Made by a program: the position numbers and the translations under genes. Of a stretch of 64,000 nt of DNA, positions 56,636 to 64,000 are shown in pieces. Numbering within the stretch: position 1 is the first letter of the stretch; each line of letters opens with the position of its first letter. This stretch comes from Eledone cirrhosa (lineage: Eukaryota), in the NCBI GenBank assembly GCA_964016885.1, contig OZ024741.1:212660001-212724000 (forward strand), written 5' to 3'. Under the pieces are notes generated by a model. That model saw only the letters and a list, made by a program, of their open reading frames with translations, was not told the DNA's origin and did not search any database.

Positions 56636-57487
56636 GATACATATATATAAATATATAGGATGGTGATTAGGACGGAACAAGACAAGAAAAAAAGAAACAA
56701 TCCTTCGTCTGCTGAAAACTCCGCGATCCAGATGTTTCGGCGCTGAATTACAGGACATCTGTAACGATCGGTTGCGCCCAAGGTCTTTTATTAATCAAAA
56801 GGCCAGGAGGAAAAGTAGAGAAAAAGGAGAGAAAAAGAGGAGAGAAAAAGGAAGGAAAAAGAGGGAAAAGAGGAAGAAGAACAAAGGGGTGAAAGGTGGT
56901 GAGGAGAGAGAGAGAAAGAGAAAAGGTAAAAAAAGGAGAAGAAAGGGAGACAAAAAAACAGGTGAACAGATCCCATCGTGGGAAGACACAGGAAAAAGAA
57001 ACAAACCAATGAGTAACCGTGAAAAAGCACTCAACTGCATGATACATCCCATATTACAACTGTTAGTCCAGACTGAATATATACAGTGATGAATGGATAA
57101 TGGAATTTTACAAAATTTTATTCGGAAATTTTCCATTACAAATGTTAACAGTATAAATATAGTTTTTGGTATTAACAGTGACTGTTTTCATTATTGACTG
57201 GTCGATATAGCCATAACTACATGTACATGTTCGTATAAGAATATGTGTATAGATGTTGTAAAGACCTTAGTGAGTTAGTCCAAATTATATCTGTTTTACA
57301 TTCAAAAATATATATGCATATATAGACACACTTAGATCTATTTACATATACACACACAAATACAGAGATACACATTATATATATATATATATATATTTAT
57401 ATATGCATACATATATATATATATGTATATATATATTTATATATGCATACATACATATATATATATGTATATATATATTTATAATAT

Positions 57488-57533
<46 letters not shown>

Positions 57534-59398
57534 TTATATATATGTATATATATGTGTGTATTGATTAGTTACGCGTTCGAATATTTCAAATGTGTTTTCC
57601 AATCGAATACATTTCTTTTCTATTCTTTAAAAATCACATTATATATCATGTTTTGTTCTATATTCTTTTATTAGATAGTTTGTCATATATTTGCGAAAGC
57701 TTTAATAGTTTACTTTAATCTCAATTTAATTTCATTAAAGTTTTTTAGAAGCAAATTACTAAACCAGAAAATACTGAAATTATTTGTATCTAGAATATTA
57801 TCACAAACGGTCATTAACTCTTAAGAAAATAAAATATACCCTCAATTCTCCTATGTACATTTAATACCCTAAATTCTGCACTGTTGTATTTCAATCAGAA
57901 ATTACACTATGAAATAATTTAATTAATTTTCTATAATTTTCAAAGTAATTTTGTGAAACTAGTCGCTATTTTGCTTTAGAAACGAAATAGCTGATCATGT
58001 TTGTCTGTAGATTAGTTTATTGATTAGTGAAGCATGTCATCTCATCTCATCACATTTCATCTCAGCCTGTCATCCGATCGAACCATGGAAAGCGAACTCA
58101 TACAAGATGCCTTCTTTTACTATGAAATTTTGCGTCTAATAGAGTCATCAGACCAGTGTCTTTCTGAAGTACTTTAATAACATTAGTGGGTTATCTTCCA
58201 CGATTTATTCGCTCATATATTGGCTGTGATAGCACTATAGATATTGGCTGCCATAGCACCAGATATATGGCTATAATACAACCAGATTTAGAGCTATTTC
58301 TTCAGGGTGTCTCACAATCAACTGCCAGTCGATATCCCCATTAAGTTATTTATTTCAGTTAAACATTGCTGGTGTAACTCTTTAAATTGATGTTAAAAAC
58401 CATCTGTATCAAGCAGGAATATTTACATTTGAATGGTTTTATAGATTCTCTGTAAGTTTCCATGTCTCACAGCTGTATATCAAGACAGATTAATTCGCTA
58501 AAAATGAGTCTGAACTTAATTCTCAAATGACTTCCAGATTTTTGAAAATTTATGATATACTTGCCAAGCGATTGCCTTGGATTTGTTAATATCTTGCTGT
58601 GTTGCTCGAATCTAGGAAAACAGAGCTTATTTAAATAAATCATACAGACCCAGAGATCATAAACTCACAATCTGGAGAACAACTAAAGTTTACAAATGTC
58701 AAATATTTTAGAACTTATCGAACCACTGCAAAACTATCTGGTAAATATCGAACTGTAACGTATGATTGTTTTGTTTTTAACATATTTGTCTTATATCATA
58801 TTTGGTTTCTAGCATCATATTTCTGTCTGTGATTTATTGACTTGGAAATTCACGTCACGTACTCTACCCTAGCAAAGGCGTGAGTATATTCCTCAGTCGT
58901 GCCTTTTTCATTGTATACATAATGTTTGTTGTATAATTATTAATTTAAAATGAAAACCAGCAAAATAAATAGAAATAGTCATGGCATGGCGGTTGGTTAA
59001 TAAGGTAGTTTTCTAACTGTATGATTACGTGTCCAGAAACACTGAGAAGCACCTTGGACAAGTGATTTTACTATATATTCGAGTTGACCAACACCCTTTC
59101 ATTGGTATATAGTTGAGTGAAACAGGGCCAGCTCACAAAAACATGATGGTGTAGGACAGAACAAAGGAGAGACACAAAATAAAATATTAGTCACTGGGGA
59201 GGTCACAGAATATGTGAAAAAAGAGATTTGACAGTGAACAAATACACAACCATTTGGTTATTAAACTAACCGACTGGACATTTACAAGAGCGTATGTTTT
59301 TTATTGGCAGCATGACCCTCCCAATGTGTATCAATATCTGTTTCAACACACATTTTCAGATACGAAATCTTACAAAATCGAATGAATATAAAAACGAA

Positions 59399-60060
<662 letters not shown>

Positions 60061-60199
60061 TCGATATATATATAAAATAATTCATACACAAAACGCCAGC
60101 AAGAGATGTCAACATGAATGGATCTGTTATTTTTTCTAAAGACATTTTTTTCCAATTCCAACCCACCCGTCTCCTCACTCTATCTTATTTCTCATTCTT

Positions 60200-60235
60200 T
60201 CTTCTGATCAAGGACTAGCGTCCGAAACGTTAAGA
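60200..60235 (+). ncRNA. Minimal HHR motif with G8C
   Basis: tctt CTGATCA a-gga ctagcg tcc GAAA cg TT aaga. Confidence 0.6.
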
Positions 60236-60335
60236 CCCTCTTCTTGCTATTTCAAGCGTTAACCTAATATATCCCTTCCATATACTGTACCGATTGTGTT
60301 GTTATTTCTGTTTACCTTTTACACACACACACACA

Positions 60336-60413
<78 letters not shown>

Positions 60414-60514
60414 TGTGTGTGTGTGTGTGTATAGGAAATCAATAGGAATAGGTATAACACTCGTTCGTTATGAAGTGCGTAAAAGCTCTATATATATTCA
60501 TACACACACACACA

Positions 60515-60608
<94 letters not shown>

Positions 60609-61514
60609 ATCTTTGAAGCCTTATCGAAAAATGTTTACTATAGAAAAGTGGTCTGAATTGTAGGGTGCCCTTTGTAGGGGCAAGACTTGTACTATCAGTC
60701 GCTTAACGTCAACGAAACCGGGAAAAACACCTTCCTAATAAAACTCAGAATCAGACACGATATAGACATGTTTTTAGTTGAGGAATATTTGTCTGTTCTT
60801 CTAGCAGATGATGGTAATTAGTACCTAGACCATCACACATTGGTCCGCTGTACCAAACTCACTATACGCACGTGGAAGATTATCTAACGTCATGTTTAAA
60901 TAGGAATAAAATGTTCCACAGCTGTGGATCTTGTAGTAAAATCTAATTTTCTTCACCACTGATTTTATCGATTGGCTTTTTAATGATTCGATTTTTATAT
61001 CCACATCTATGATCTACAACAATGCAAGCAATGCAGTGAAGAATCGATACTGACAAAGATGCCGATAAACATCGGAACAGCAACAACAACATCGTTTCTT
61101 CAATCAATACCACCGCAACGCTAAGGTTAAAATCATCCTGATTACAATGAAACTAATAGTGTATGTGAAAGTGCGTAGCTTGGTGGTTAGGCTGCTAGGC
61201 TCACGTCTGTAAGGCCGTTGGTATGTGGTGTTCTTGAACAAGACACTTTATTTTTCGTTGTTCCAGTCCACTCATCTGGAAAAACTGAAATGTCAGTAAT
61301 CCAGAGCACTAATGAGTTTGCTGTTCTCTTGAACAACATATATAGTGTATAAGCTATATATATATATATATATCCTTCTTCTCACTTTTCGTTGCTTCAC
61401 CATTTTTGTTTGTTTACACTCGTGTCCCCTTTATTTACGTGTCCCAACGACTTTTTTTAGCCGTTGCTCGCACCAACCGGAGGTATATGGACTTTAAAGC
61501 GATGAAATACCAAT

Positions 61515-62130
61515 GATTCCAACCGTGACTAAACCCACTGAAAAGTTTCGTGAAATAGTCTTTTAAGACTATATAGTGCATTTGAAGTTTTCCCCAAATT
61601 GTCGGTTAAGTATTTCTTGTTGATTTTATTTTGAATTAAGATTGTATTGCTTTTTCCCCAACTTACAGAAAGTCTTAGGATAAAGTTTTTCTTCTTGATT
61701 TGTTTTGAATTAAGATTGTATTACTTTTCCCTCATCCTACATTAAACATTTTTTCATCTTGATGGTATAGTCACTTATATGCCTGGATTATTGTTGACAT
61801 TTTGCTTACATTAATTTCTCTATTTTCATTTAGATATTTATACTCGAAATTTTTCTAGAGTGCTACTATTATTTGTGACTAATCCCAGTTTAAAAAAAAA
61901 CTGCGATAATATTGCTTATGCTGAACTCCATATTTTTGTTGAGTTTTTCGGAATGTTTTGACTGTTGTTTCTTGTAAACAGGTTTTCGTCTCATCCCGCC
62001 ATCACTAGCTTGTGTCCACGTGTGTTTTGTTATCTCATTTCTACACGCTGTCGCTTGCCTGCTTTTAATTCCCCTTCGGCATTTTAGCAGTGGTCATTTG
62101 GATAATGTGTTGTGCACTACTGAAGATCAA
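61515..62130 (+). mobile_element. Diverged RzD monomer, permuted within the ribozyme
   Basis: Collinear with the reverse complement of the 40275-41157 unit; the HHR halves lie at opposite ends. Confidence 0.8.
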
Positions 62131-62397
62131 CTTTTTAAAGATATAATATAGACACAAACACATATATATAGTCTAACAAAGTTCTTTCGTTGCACATCTG
62201 CAACATCGTCAGTGGTGCTATTATGTTTCTTCCTGTTGTATTGTATGTCTACGCCATCTTTATCTGTTTATTTATTTATTTATTTATTTATTTATTTTTG
62301 GCTTCTTATCTGCGCATGCGTTTGCGTGTGTGTATAGTGTTTGGTGTGTATAACAATATTTGTTTCGACACACGGTTTCATATCAAAATCTTCGCAA

Positions 62398-62439
<42 letters not shown>

Positions 62440-62444
<5 letters not shown>

Positions 62445-62660
62445 AATGAGGCTACTCACCCAATGTATACTAAAGAAAATACTATATATTATCAACCGTT
62501 CAACACATTGGCAGAGAGGTATATAGTCCTGATAAAGGGTAATGGCCCAGAAACATGTTGATTGTTCCTCACAGTCAGTGTTGAACAGACAGGTGACGTC
62601 CGGTAACCGGTACGGTACAGCTTCTATAGTGGCTCGTTTGTTTACAAACGTATCGAACAT
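62440..62660 (+). mobile_element. Diverged RzA relative with HHR at 62523-62565 (G8A)
   Basis: Shares atgcaaat, cgttcaac, ggcaga, gtcagtgttgaaca, aggtgacgt and gtttgtttacaaacg with RzA. Confidence 0.8.
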
Positions 62661-62682
62661 TATTATTAATATTCGATATAAG

Positions 62683-62873
62683 GGCGGCAGTTTGGCAGTA
62701 TCGGTAGAGGGTCGGACAACATGCCTTGCAGCACAGAGTTACGCCCCTTTCTGATCTGAGTTCAAATCCTGCCAAGGTTAACTTTGCCTTTCATCCTTAC
62801 GGGGTCGAATAAATAAAGTACCAGTAATGCACTGGGATAATTGGTGGCTTTGTGCCAAAAGTAGAAACAATTA
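62683..62873 (+). mobile_element. SINE family 1
   Basis: Full copy; direct repeat attattaatattcgata on both sides. Confidence 0.88.
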
Positions 62874-63339
62874 TTAATATTCGATACAGCCCATAGTTAC
62901 ATATTTATATGTATATATATATGTGTGTGTATATATATATACAGATATGTATGTATATATATATATGTGTGTGCGCATGCATACTTACTTATAAATACAG
63001 TATATATATATATATATACGTGTGTGTGTGTGTGCTGAGGTAACATAGGTGCCAAGTTGTATCAGATCTTACTTTTCCTTAGGACAACATCAGCGTCGTT
63101 GACAGGCAAGACATTCATGCATGGGCGATTGGTGACCTGCAGAAAACTTCCTGACCAGGCTTGAGCCACGAATAGGCAATCACATGGTCAGCCAGTCATG
63201 AATGCAAATGTCAAGTCATGTCATAACTGAAGTAATTTCTCTCCTTCGCTCTCTCTTCTCTCTTTTGCTCTCTCGCGATTCCTCTCTCTAAGTAGGGCAT
63301 ACTCCAACTACTGATGCTGTTGCCACTACGACTGCTGCT

Positions 63340-63340
63340 T

Positions 63341-63411
<71 letters not shown>

Positions 63412-63532
63412 GCATTCACCAGCACCACCACCACCACCACAACCACCACCACCACCACCACCACCACCACCACCACCACCACCACCACCACCACCACCAC
63501 CACCACCACCACCACCACCACTACTACTACTG

Positions 63533-63574
<42 letters not shown>

Positions 63575-63640
63575 TCACCACCACCAACAGCACCCTTCAC
63601 CACCACGACTCCAATACAACAACCACCCCACCACCATTAA
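63340..63640 (+). repeat. (CTA)n / (CCA)n trinucleotide repeats
   Basis: Direct reading. Confidence 0.95.
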
Positions 63641-64000
63641 CTGTACTACTGCATTTTCTTCGGCCCTATCTCACTCACATGGCCAGGGTCAACTATTGGT
63701 TTCTGGTACAGACGCTTGCCCAAAATCTCACGCAGTGACCTCGTTATTGTGAATTAAATCTTTAAGCCATTCGTCCATGCTTCCACTAATTTTAGTAATG
63801 ATATACACTTCAAACAGTTGAACACAATATATTTATGAAGTGCTGCTGTAAGTGATATTAACGTCAAAGTTTGAAGCCCCTCTGTAGATATAATATTAAT
63901 GTTTTAACCAGAAATATGACCTGCGTGCTGCAGCTCACCCAGTGGCACGTCACGCTCTGCACGTAAAATGTTAAAATTTCAACCAGAAATGCAACTTGTG

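Noticed and set aside
56700-57089. Lys/Arg-rich ORF or HHR on the minus strand
   Set aside because: Purine-rich low complexity; a ggcgc/gcgcc-GAAA hairpin exists but no CUGANGA core
63211-63640. Poly-Gly/Ser/Pro/Leu/Val ORFs
   Set aside because: Trinucleotide repeat translations open in several frames; no splice or domain evidence

Overview
Repeat-saturated, AT-rich animal DNA. The SINE types and the density of (TA)n suggest a cephalopod such as Octopus, which is inference only. No intact host protein-coding gene is visible; most listed ORFs are translations of microsatellites. Recognisable elements: three families of Penelope-like retroelements (PLEs: one Neptune-like fragment, one young Naiad-like RT+GIY-YIG element arranged as an inverted partial copy plus a partial tandem, and one old Naiad-like copy), a full-length Buster/Charlie-type hAT transposon with TIRs and an 8-bp TSD, two tRNA-derived SINE families, a piggyBac-like MITE and a 35-bp minisatellite. 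The main hidden signal is about 30 type I hammerhead ribozyme (HHR) motifs (counted by eye, decayed copies included). They lie in the PLE pseudo-LTRs and in several non-coding 320-640 bp repeat families that look like non-LTR retrozymes. These families sit in (TA)n tracts, show PLE-style inverted and partial-tandem ends, and include circularly permuted copies. The best example is a near-identical 7 x 466-bp array with one intact HHR per unit. Two of the families share an octamer-(PSE-like)-TATA module at fixed spacing upstream of the ribozyme. All structures were read by eye, not computed.
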